From: Bacilli bacterium
GTDB taxonomy: Bacteria > Bacillota_I > Bacilli_A > ML615J-28 > CAG-698
Length of the DNA: 64,000 nt
Assembly: GCA_050953065.1 (NCBI GenBank)
Contig: JBMNLZ010000003.1
Location: forward strand, 365,544 to 429,543
Direction of reading: 5' to 3'
Positions 42,601 to 50,336 of this stretch are shown piece by piece. The notes below the pieces were generated by a model. The model had not been told where the DNA came from. It was given only the letters and a program-made list of their open reading frames with translations, and did not search any database. Each line of letters begins with the position of its first letter. Position 1 is the stretch's first letter. The translations under genes were made by a program, and so were the position numbers.

Positions 42601-42770
42601 TCGCCAACTATTTCATAATCTCCAGGCACTGTTGCTTTTGTATAAACATGGCCCGAAGCATAACTTGTAATCACACTACTTAAAAATAATGCAACTAAAA
42701 GAACTAGTATAATTAGCAAGATACTGCGTTTAACTAATTTAGGTGTGATCAATCCCTTAAGTTTTTTCAT
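39678..42770 (-). CDS. 1030-aa membrane-anchored protein: two CBM-like beta-sandwich modules + helical linker + C-terminal extracellular solute-binding domain
   Basis: N-terminal TM. There is an internal duplication: ATWKFTVPDAGYYNIRLSYYP...RSIKINGVTPYEAL...FSRTW and ISWKVDVEKEGLYQISFRAK...RKVLINGEVPFDEAL...FSRDW (a CBM6/35-like pattern). The C-terminal ~400 aa are SBP-like. Its ATGA overlaps GH20. Confidence 0.82.
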   Translation of the reverse strand: MKKLKGLITPKLVKRSILLIILVLLVALFLSSVITSYASGHVYTKATVPGDYEIVGEYGEYLKAYEMITPNNNITIDTTNNTDLVHSDFTDVANLATIVNGVKPFYTSEVGSATWKFTVPDAGYYNIRLSYYPEKGGSASIERSIKINGVTPYEALKNIVFSRTWGDGPIDASKGSMFFMDAMGNDMKPTQIEKPKITRAYVVDDLGYVTEPYLIHLLEGENTITIESIREPMSIFAIDICAKTDYMSYSDYIGQFDDADKVDDTMILYEAEDPNIRTSSSATLYAVNDRTSAKNSPCDPVRIRYNAIGGTKWSSPGDWISWKVDVEKEGLYQISFRAKQGVSRGVYTTRKVLINGEVPFDEALNTKYKFSRDWKIMTLGGFDETGKEIPYYFHLNAGKNTITMEATLGDYSSLVSRVNTVIDELNRVYRRIIAVTTLNPDPYIDYYLVENLADFVSVYYEDGKSIVGLKETFAKCAKELRDVNRILAELSGGKSDMTASLDRMALQLDSFVNNVRTIQRRLKDYSNNISALGTWILQISEQSIVVDQLFIHSDKSSLSRKNALPKANPNFFAGSWFSIKSFFKSFFFDYESIGVTEAKANLPTIQVWFLTSETAGREQANALSNLILDTFDHANVSLKLVAPGVLLPATLAKRGPDVAINVPNGLPINYALRNAIEDISKYEGFYETTGICSADEIARGTCTANVDPEDENRNFQASAMVPYELNGAYYALPNTQSFLVTFYRTDIFNEYEWKRPTLENPWTWEDVIEIIPELQLKNLQFYLPLNTVLANSVVNQIFASMLYQQDGTFYKNGNRESAFDSPAAMNAFDTWSRFYSEYSFPLAASFFNRFRTGETPIGIANYEMYNTLMVSAPEIRGKWDFALLPGTIREDGTLDHRGAAGGTAVVMMAQAREKEAAWEFMKWWTSEETQFAYARELESVLGPAARHNTPNIKAFRRMAWTAKEIEVLTTQWKKTVGVPEVPGGYYTGRNLENAFREVVNKDKEPRETLEQYIQIINSEIARKRAEFGLD

Positions 42771-44617
42771 TTTTTTACCCCTTCTATGTATTTTAATCTT
42801 TCTTCTGAAAATACAATTAGTTTTTCAATATAATCTAACGTTTCATTTAACATGCTTTCTTTGTTTCTTTGAAGCCATAAAGTTTTTAAATCATTTTTAA
42901 TTTTTAAAGCGTCTTTTAAGGCTTCTTTTAACAGTGTGATTCTTACAGTTTTTTCTAAAGAATCATTCCCACAAACATTAATTTTTAGTAATAAAGAAAT
43001 CATCTCAATTGTCCAAACAACTTCATCTTTAATTAAAGAATCATTAAATTTGATAAGCTCAATTTCTTTTTTCTTATAGTTTAAATATTCTTCTGCACTT
43101 TGATATTTCTTATAACTCAAAGTATTATATTTCATCTTTTCTTTAACATATTCTATCCTATTTTCTTCTTTGAAAGAATAAGTTATCCAAAGCAACATAT
43201 AAAATGTAGCAGTCCCATTACCAATATAAGCATTTTCAAAGCGATTGATTGTTCCTAAATCCATAATAGCATCTGCTATTAGGTTTTCTTTATCTTTGAA
43301 AATAAATCTATTTAAATATTGTTTAACTGATAGATAAACTCCTTCTTCACATCTGTAACTCATTAAGCCAGCATAGACAAGTGGTGCAAAACTAAATGGT
43401 AACATCTGCATATGTCCGACATCTCCCCAATCAGTTAATAAGATTCCTTCACCACCGTTATCCTTAACAGCCCAACAAGCGTTCGCAATGTTCTCAATCC
43501 AATCACTTTGTCTTAGTGATAAACTACACCAAGAAGTAGTTCCAGGAGCTGCCATGAATTTTACTTTGGCTTTTTTTAGCTTTTTAATATTTTTAGAGAA
43601 AGAATAAAAAGCATCATAGCCCCAATCAATAAAAATCATATCTTTTGGAAGCTTTTTAAATAACTCAGGATGATTATTTAAAACATCTCCCCAAATCAAA
43701 GGAATTTTTTTATATTTTTTTATCTCTTTATAAGCTTTTAATGTATAGTCTAAATAAACCTTGCCAAGACCTACTTTCTCACATTCAGCCTTTGACTTAC
43801 CTTTACCTAGTTCAAATGGTTCATCAAAGTTCATATTGAAGTATTTTGAATTAGAATGAGGCAACATATCTTGATACATTTTCTTTAATAACTCTAAAGA
43901 TTTTGGATCAAGTGGATTGAGTGTACTTGGCGCTCTATGAGTCCCCCATAAATGAATTCCTTCAGGACACTCTGCCAAACTAGAAAACTCATCTTTTTTA
44001 AGCCAAGCGGCCATATGACCAAAACCATTTTGATTTGGAACTAAATCTATAAAATGTTTATTAGCATAGTCTTCAATTGCTTTATATTCTTCAACTGTAA
44101 TATATGAATCCTTTTTTAAATAATCTTTAAAACTTTGATATTCAAAAGAAAAACCTTCAACATATAATTCTAAATGATTCATTTTTAAATCACTCATAAT
44201 ATCAATAATTTTAAAAACAGTTTCTATTTTAGGAACTTTATTTCGGCTTATGTCATACATAAAGCCTCTTATTTTTAAATCTGGTTCATCATAGATTTCT
44301 AGACATTCTATTTGATTGTTTTTAATAATTTGTTTTAAAGTCTTAACTGCATAATATGCACCTGGTGCATCTTTATGATAAATCGTAATAACATCTGGTT
44401 TAACTTCAATTTTATATGCTTCAGCACTTAATTTTTTGTCAATAAAAAAACGAACATCGGCTTTTTTAGATTTACCTACTTGCAAATTTAAAAAAGAATC
44501 CAATTCTTTCTTAACTATTTCATTGGGCTTGTCAAAAAAAGCAATGCTCTTTTCTTTCATTTTGTAAACGTCGTTATTATATTTTATTTCTTTTACCTTA
44601 GGAAATATATTTACCAT
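42767..44617 (-). CDS. GH20-like beta-N-acetylhexosaminidase, cytoplasmic
   Basis: TIM-barrel region RGFMYDISRNKVP...MNHLELYVE...NQNGFGHM...FNMNFDEP resembles the GH20 catalytic domain. No signal peptide is present. Confidence 0.78.
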   Translation of the reverse strand: MVNIFPKVKEIKYNNDVYKMKEKSIAFFDKPNEIVKKELDSFLNLQVGKSKKADVRFFIDKKLSAEAYKIEVKPDVITIYHKDAPGAYYAVKTLKQIIKNNQIECLEIYDEPDLKIRGFMYDISRNKVPKIETVFKIIDIMSDLKMNHLELYVEGFSFEYQSFKDYLKKDSYITVEEYKAIEDYANKHFIDLVPNQNGFGHMAAWLKKDEFSSLAECPEGIHLWGTHRAPSTLNPLDPKSLELLKKMYQDMLPHSNSKYFNMNFDEPFELGKGKSKAECEKVGLGKVYLDYTLKAYKEIKKYKKIPLIWGDVLNNHPELFKKLPKDMIFIDWGYDAFYSFSKNIKKLKKAKVKFMAAPGTTSWCSLSLRQSDWIENIANACWAVKDNGGEGILLTDWGDVGHMQMLPFSFAPLVYAGLMSYRCEEGVYLSVKQYLNRFIFKDKENLIADAIMDLGTINRFENAYIGNGTATFYMLLWITYSFKEENRIEYVKEKMKYNTLSYKKYQSAEEYLNYKKKEIELIKFNDSLIKDEVVWTIEMISLLLKINVCGNDSLEKTVRITLLKEALKDALKIKNDLKTLWLQRNKESMLNETLDYIEKLIVFSEERLKYIEGVKK

Positions 44618-44656
44618 AAAAACTCCATTTTGCTATATAAATGTATTACTCTAATT

Positions 44657-44685
44657 ATTATATAACAAAAAGCGTTTTTATTCAA
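44657..44685 (-). promoter_or_regulatory. promoter of the nine-gene GH20/transporter operon
   Basis: Minus strand: TTGAAT, 17 nt, TATAAT. Confidence 0.55.
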
Positions 44686-44780
44686 GTTTTTATTGGCAAT
44701 TTATCTAGTTATTTTGAAGAAAACTTACCATATTTTCTAATAAATTTAGAGTCATTTTTAAATAATATGAATTAAAATTA

Positions 44781-44808
44781 AAAAAGCAAGGTTTTAAAAC
44801 CTTACTTT
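44781..44808 (-). terminator. terminator overlapping the stop codon of the 44802-46142 gene
   Basis: AAGTAAGGTT/AACCTTGCTT stem (one G-U pair) with loop TTAA, followed by T5 on the minus strand. Confidence 0.6.
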
Positions 44809-46142
44809 TCAAATTTTATTGTTATAACAGGCCTTATTCCAATAGTCGAATAAGCATTGTTAAAGCCTGTAACACTAACCTTACCATCAAAGAAAACCCC
44901 TGATAAATATTGCATTGTAAAACCAGGTGATCTTGAGAAATATTTTCCTTGATTAGTAGAAGAATTTTCAACACCTGTTTTAATTGCAAACTCAGTATTA
45001 TAAGCAATCCTATTAGAATCTGCTTCATCTGTTTTTGTTTTAAATCCAAAACGCTTTCTAATCAAATCATTGTATGATAACAAATAAACATAATCTTGTG
45101 TATCATCACCTTCATTAGCAGCATAGGCAGGATAAGAAATTCCTTTATTAGAAACGGTTGTTAAAACAATCCCACTTTTTTCGCTACTACTAAATGAAGC
45201 ATTATAAAAATCATTGTTTAACCAAAATCTTAAATAACTATTCTTCCAAGTTTTATCGTTATTATCAACAATTACAATTTTATAATTAACAACTGTTGTT
45301 TCTTCTGGATGTTCTTTTGTAGGGCCACTTCCAGTTATTGTTACTTCACCTTTTGAAATTGCATTTACCATTACTTGTACTTGAGCTTTTAGTTCTCCTT
45401 TTACTCCATTAATTACCCAATATCCCGCTTCATCAATTTCTAGTTCAGCGCTAGTTGCTTCTCCTACTGGAACATATGTATTTTTACCTTCAATCCACCA
45501 ATTGTTATCAGAGCCAACTGTAGCTTTAATTGTATCGATATTTTTACTTACTAAAGCAAGATTTTCATCACTTGAGGTCCAAGTAGAATTTACTAAATCC
45601 ATATTAGTAGCCCCTATATAAATACTTCTTGTTTCTCCGATTCCAAATAAATAATTATGATAAGAAGCTTTAGAATCTAATATTTTATCAGATACAAGAA
45701 CCGCATTAACCCCATCAATACTTAAAATTTTCCATTCAATTGAATCAACTAAGAAAAACTCTCTTGATTCAATGTAGGTTTCTTCTCCTTCAACTACTTC
45801 TCTTGTAAAAGTAGAAACTTTAGCATAACGATGTCCTTCATATGGGTAATATCCATAACTATCAGCAAGAATTGTCTCTTCATCAATTCCAGCATTTAAC
45901 GATGCAATTATTTCATCATCTGTTACTAATCTTTGAGGATATTCACCATAAAACATTTTACTATAAGTTACAGTATTTTTCTCTACATCAATAATTGGAT
46001 TATGATATCCTGCATCAAAATAATACGTTACCTTTTCTGGAGTAGTTATTGCCTCAGGATCACTATCAACAGGGCTTTTATCACAAGCACTAAGTACTAA
46101 TAATAAAACTATAATCAATGAGCAAAATAATCTCTTCTTCAT
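44802..46142 (-). CDS. lipoprotein of unknown function (Big_2-like middle, DUF6273-like C-terminus?)
   Basis: The start MKKRLFCSLIIVLLLVLSAC|DKS at 46142 has RBS AGAGG. The C-terminus ...YFSRSPG...GKVSVTGFNNAYSTIGIRPVITI resembles the DUF6273 pattern as I recall it. Confidence 0.72.
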   Translation of the reverse strand: MKKRLFCSLIIVLLLVLSACDKSPVDSDPEAITTPEKVTYYFDAGYHNPIIDVEKNTVTYSKMFYGEYPQRLVTDDEIIASLNAGIDEETILADSYGYYPYEGHRYAKVSTFTREVVEGEETYIESREFFLVDSIEWKILSIDGVNAVLVSDKILDSKASYHNYLFGIGETRSIYIGATNMDLVNSTWTSSDENLALVSKNIDTIKATVGSDNNWWIEGKNTYVPVGEATSAELEIDEAGYWVINGVKGELKAQVQVMVNAISKGEVTITGSGPTKEHPEETTVVNYKIVIVDNNDKTWKNSYLRFWLNNDFYNASFSSSEKSGIVLTTVSNKGISYPAYAANEGDDTQDYVYLLSYNDLIRKRFGFKTKTDEADSNRIAYNTEFAIKTGVENSSTNQGKYFSRSPGFTMQYLSGVFFDGKVSVTGFNNAYSTIGIRPVITIKFEK

Positions 46143-46212
46143 TTTATTACCTCTAAACAAATTTATTTGATAACTCATTTTAACAAATATTTAAACAATT
46201 AGCAAGAAAAAG

Positions 46213-46242
46213 AAAGATAGTCTAATTTATTAAACTATCTTT
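46213..46242 (-). terminator. terminator after the GHL10 gene
   Basis: AAAGATAGT/ACTATCTTT stem with a 12-nt loop and a T-rich tail on the minus strand. Confidence 0.6.
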
Positions 46243-46253
46243 TTAATTTATAC

Positions 46254-47558
46254 TTAAACTGGCTTTACTTCTTTTGTCCAAATGGTTTTTAATAATTTCC
46301 TACCTTCAACAAGGGCAACAACATCTTCTTTAACAAAAGAATTATAAGTAAAATAAATTGTTCCAGAAATATTGTCATAATTTTGATTATACCTAAGTTG
46401 ATTAATTATCTCTTCTGGATTACTCCAATTTCCTTTATCGCTATAGCGATAAAATGCTTGACCAATATATAATTTCGTATTAGTTTCTTTACAAATTCCA
46501 CTCCACCATTTTACTAAATCAGCATATTTTACTAAAGTGATTTCTTCTAAAGAACCATCTTCTTTTGGTTTAGAATTATCTAAATCAAAATAAACTTGAG
46601 GTACTACGTAATCAATCCATTTTTCTTTCATCCATAAGTAAACATCTGCATAAAGTCTATCATAACATTGCAAGCATTTCTCATGATTATCAGACCCTTT
46701 ATCCCAACCACCAACTCCAGATTCAAAATATTTTGAATGAGTTCTAAAAATACCAAAAGGACTGATTCCAAATTCTACCTTTTTAGGAAGTCTAGCTAAC
46801 TTATCATGAATAAGTTTAATCATACGATTAACATTGTCTCTTCTAAAGTCACTCAAAGATTCATCATTTTTCTTCCATTTTAAATATTTTTCTTGTTCTT
46901 TATCATCACAAATTTCCTCATAAGGATAAAAATAATCATCGATATGAACAGCTTTTATATCATAGTTTTCAGCAATTTCTAAAACTGAATCAGAAACAAA
47001 TTCCATTACTTCTTCACTTGATGGGTCTAGAATTAGTTTTGTTTCTGAAGTTTCAATTACTAAATCAGGACGCTTGCGAGCAAAGTTTTTCTCACTTAAT
47101 GTTTTTAAAAAGTCATCTTTATTAGTATTTAAATCTTTTAATCTTTTTTGACAAACACGATATGGATTAATCCAAGCATGAACTTCAATGTTTTCCTTTT
47201 TAGCTTCTTCTATAAAGAAACCAAAAACATCAAAGCCAGGATATTTATCCTCAATTCCAGTAATATATGCACTCCAAGGATTTAACTTTGATTTATAAAA
47301 TGCATCATTTGTTGGTCTTGCTTGAAAAATAACTGTATTCATTTTATATTCTTTAACACGTTTTATAACACTTTTTAAATATTCTTTATAACTTTCAACA
47401 CTAGTCATTTTAGCTACATCAATATTAGCAACAGTCGAAAACCAAACACCACGCAATTCTTCTTGCTTTTCTTTATATTCATCTGGTATTAAAACAGCCT
47501 CATCGCTTCCATAATAAGTAACAAAACCTTCTTTTTTAAACTTAGCAATTTTTTTCAT
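46254..47558 (-). CDS. GHL10/DUF187 (YngK-like) glycoside-hydrolase-like protein, no signal peptide
   Basis: ELRGVWFSTVANID, HAWINPYR and KAVHIDDYFYP are the characteristic GHL10 blocks. Confidence 0.78.
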   Translation of the reverse strand: MKKIAKFKKEGFVTYYGSDEAVLIPDEYKEKQEELRGVWFSTVANIDVAKMTSVESYKEYLKSVIKRVKEYKMNTVIFQARPTNDAFYKSKLNPWSAYITGIEDKYPGFDVFGFFIEEAKKENIEVHAWINPYRVCQKRLKDLNTNKDDFLKTLSEKNFARKRPDLVIETSETKLILDPSSEEVMEFVSDSVLEIAENYDIKAVHIDDYFYPYEEICDDKEQEKYLKWKKNDESLSDFRRDNVNRMIKLIHDKLARLPKKVEFGISPFGIFRTHSKYFESGVGGWDKGSDNHEKCLQCYDRLYADVYLWMKEKWIDYVVPQVYFDLDNSKPKEDGSLEEITLVKYADLVKWWSGICKETNTKLYIGQAFYRYSDKGNWSNPEEIINQLRYNQNYDNISGTIYFTYNSFVKEDVVALVEGRKLLKTIWTKEVKPV

Positions 47559-47559
47559 T

Positions 47560-48252
47560 TTATATCTCCTTATTTCTTATAAATTTTTGATAGTCTTCAA
47601 CTGCAAAAGCAGCAGCATTTTTCGTTTTATTTAAAGCACCCCTTACAAAAGATAAATGCGTATAATAATCATAATATTTAAATGAAGGACTATTCATAAT
47701 AAACCAATGTTTTTGAATTGCTTTACACCATAAATCATATCCTTCAGTCCCATCAATATAAACATATGGAACAAAGCCATCTCGATCTTCCCAGTTTTCA
47801 CAGTAATATATAGGAGCATAATGTCTTTCACCTTCTACCTTATCGCCCATATCAACGCCAGCATAAAAAGCTGCATCAACTACGTTTAAATAAGTATTTC
47901 TATGATCTTTATGCATACTGTTTTTCCAATGCGTAAAGATAGCACTTGGTTTATATTTTCTAATTAAACTAGCAATTCTAAACTTAACTTCATCATTAAC
48001 TGGTAACTCTCCATCAGGATATTCAAAAACAATTGCATCCCCTTTTAACATACGAGCAAATTCGCTAGCTTCTTTTTCTTTTTGAAGCCTATATTCTTCT
48101 ACACTCATACCTTTAGGATTACCACGCTCTCCTCCAGTTAAAGCAATAGTTACAATTTTATTTCCCTTTAAACTTTCAGTAGCAAGAATTAACCCTGCCG
48201 TTAATTCCATATCACCAACATGGCCACCAATTGCTAAAAATGTTTTACTCAT
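47560..48252 (-). CDS. PIG-L/LmbE family N-acetylglucosaminyl deacetylase
   Basis: LAIGGHVGDMELTAGL...HKDHRN are the PIG-L zinc-site motifs. Confidence 0.85.
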   Translation of the reverse strand: MSKTFLAIGGHVGDMELTAGLILATESLKGNKIVTIALTGGERGNPKGMSVEEYRLQKEKEASEFARMLKGDAIVFEYPDGELPVNDEVKFRIASLIRKYKPSAIFTHWKNSMHKDHRNTYLNVVDAAFYAGVDMGDKVEGERHYAPIYYCENWEDRDGFVPYVYIDGTEGYDLWCKAIQKHWFIMNSPSFKYYDYYTHLSFVRGALNKTKNAAAFAVEDYQKFIRNKEI

Positions 48253-48255
48253 AGA

Positions 48256-49239
48256 TTATAAATCCTTTCTTAAAATCGCAAAAGATTGCACTAATCTAAA
48301 ACCTGCATAAAAATAAAGATTTCTTGCAGGATTTTCACTACCTGTAAAAAGTGTCATAAACTTAGCACCATTTTGTTTTGAAATATAACACAAATAACAA
48401 AATAGCGTTTTACCTAATCCTCTTCCTTGAACTTTAGGATGAACTCCTACTCCATCAAAATGCCCTCTCCCACCATCCTCAGTATAAACAGCACCAGTCC
48501 AGCCTAAAATTTCTCCATCCTTTTCAACAATTAGCATCGGTTTTGGATCTTTTTTTGCTAGATTATTTTCAGTTACTGCTTTCCAACCAGGATTATTTAA
48601 TGCCTCAAACAATTCATTAAAACCATGATGTTTTTTAGAATCATACATTGTTATATTATAACCATCAGCTTTATTTTGTTCAATTTGTTCTACTACTTTT
48701 TGTGGTAATTCATAATTTTGTAAGTCTAAGAAATAACCATCTAATTGTCCATTATTTGTATAACGATTATTCATAAACAAAAAATAATATTTTGAATTAT
48801 AAGGAATCGCTGGAGCCCCACCATGATAGGCATCCTCATTTGGAATTAACCATTTAAAATTAACTGGATTATAAAACATTAATCTAACAAACTTTTTACC
48901 CTTGTCTTTCAAAAAATCTTCTAAGGCTTTTAAAACAAGTGAACCATAACCATTTTTTTGATGTTCATTTTTAATAAAAACACATGTAATAAAACCAGGA
49001 GTTTCCTCAATGTTTTCATCATTTTTATTAATCATTGCATTCCCATAACCAATTGGTTCTCCTGCTAAAGTTATAGTCAAACTGCCTTCAGAATCATAGT
49101 TAGAATTTTTCATAAAAGTTTGTTTAAATAATTCAACTGTAAAAGGAGCATAAACTGAATTTCCTACTACATCACTATTCCAAATTGAAACTAGCGTTGA
49201 TACATCTTCATCTTTAAATTTTCTAATTTCCATTAACAT
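48256..49239 (-). CDS. two-domain GNAT family N-acetyltransferase (paralogue of 26093-27019)
   Basis: Two GNAT cores are present (HQKNGYGSLVL and VQGRGLGKTLF). Its architecture matches the other double GNAT. Confidence 0.8.
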   Translation of the reverse strand: MLMEIRKFKDEDVSTLVSIWNSDVVGNSVYAPFTVELFKQTFMKNSNYDSEGSLTITLAGEPIGYGNAMINKNDENIEETPGFITCVFIKNEHQKNGYGSLVLKALEDFLKDKGKKFVRLMFYNPVNFKWLIPNEDAYHGGAPAIPYNSKYYFLFMNNRYTNNGQLDGYFLDLQNYELPQKVVEQIEQNKADGYNITMYDSKKHHGFNELFEALNNPGWKAVTENNLAKKDPKPMLIVEKDGEILGWTGAVYTEDGGRGHFDGVGVHPKVQGRGLGKTLFCYLCYISKQNGAKFMTLFTGSENPARNLYFYAGFRLVQSFAILRKDL

Positions 49240-49268
49240 ATATCTTTTCTCCTCTAAGTTTATTTTTT

Positions 49269-50336
49269 TTAAGTAAAGTTAGCGATTATATAATTTCCAA
49301 TTTTACTTCTAAAAGGAATTATCTTATTGTTTTCTCTTGTTGGATGAACTCTATTACTTAACATACAAAAAGCAATTTTATTATCTCTATCAATAAATAA
49401 ATTAGTCCCCGTAAAACCAGTATGTAAAATTGTATTAGGACTTGCTAAGTCTCCACATGATGGATAATCACTCTTTAAGATCCACCCTAACCCTCTTTTA
49501 CTACCAACTAAACTAATTCCTTCTTTTTCTTCTACTTGTGGGGTAAAAAGCAAATCAATACTTGCTTTAGATAAAATGCGTCTACCTTTATATACTCCAT
49601 TATTTAAAATCATTTCCATAAAGTTACCAATATCATCTGCTGTTGAAAATACTCCAGCATGTCCTGCAACACCACCTAAAATATAAGCTTTTTCATCATG
49701 AACTTTTCCACGTAATAAATCCTGACAAATAGCATCATTTCTTTTTTCAGTTGGAGCACATCTTTCAGTATTTTTAGGATTATATGTTGTATCTTTCATA
49801 TCAAGTTTTGAAAAAACATATAATTTAGCTGCTCTATCTAAACCCATTCCTGAAACTGTTTCAATTAGTTTCCCCAGCAAAATAAAACCGATATCTGAAT
49901 ATATTATCTTTTCACTTCTTCCTGCTTTAAGTGGTACTTTATAAGCAAAATCAAAAACCTCTTCAGGCTTTGCTAGTGTATTAGCTTTAGGAATATCAGG
50001 TACTAAACCTGAAGTATGAGTCATTAAATCAAAGATAGTAATATCATCGTTTTTAAAATCAGGCAAGTATTTACTAACACTATCATAAAGCCTTATTTTA
50101 CCCGCTTCTAATAATTGCATTAAAAGTGTAGTTGTAGAAACAACTTTCGAAACTGAAGCCATATCATAAATTGTATTAATATAATTTTCTTCCTTTTTAG
50201 GAAGCAACGCTTTATACCCAAAAGCTCCAGTATAACGCCTCTTTCCTGCAATCAAACAATAAGTCGCACCGGGAAAAACACCATCTTTAACAGCTTCTTC
50301 CATCAAATCATTAAACCCAATCATTTTAGAATTCAT
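49269..50336 (-). CDS. beta-lactamase-fold serine hydrolase (AmiE/YbbE-like MurNAc-L-Ala amidase candidate)
   Basis: SxxK motif MASVSKVV and YSD (YxN-like). No signal peptide is present. The ATG at 50336 is preceded by AAGGGGA and overlaps the upstream stop. Confidence 0.78.
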   Translation of the reverse strand: MNSKMIGFNDLMEEAVKDGVFPGATYCLIAGKRRYTGAFGYKALLPKKEENYINTIYDMASVSKVVSTTTLLMQLLEAGKIRLYDSVSKYLPDFKNDDITIFDLMTHTSGLVPDIPKANTLAKPEEVFDFAYKVPLKAGRSEKIIYSDIGFILLGKLIETVSGMGLDRAAKLYVFSKLDMKDTTYNPKNTERCAPTEKRNDAICQDLLRGKVHDEKAYILGGVAGHAGVFSTADDIGNFMEMILNNGVYKGRRILSKASIDLLFTPQVEEKEGISLVGSKRGLGWILKSDYPSCGDLASPNTILHTGFTGTNLFIDRDNKIAFCMLSNRVHPTRENNKIIPFRSKIGNYIIANFT

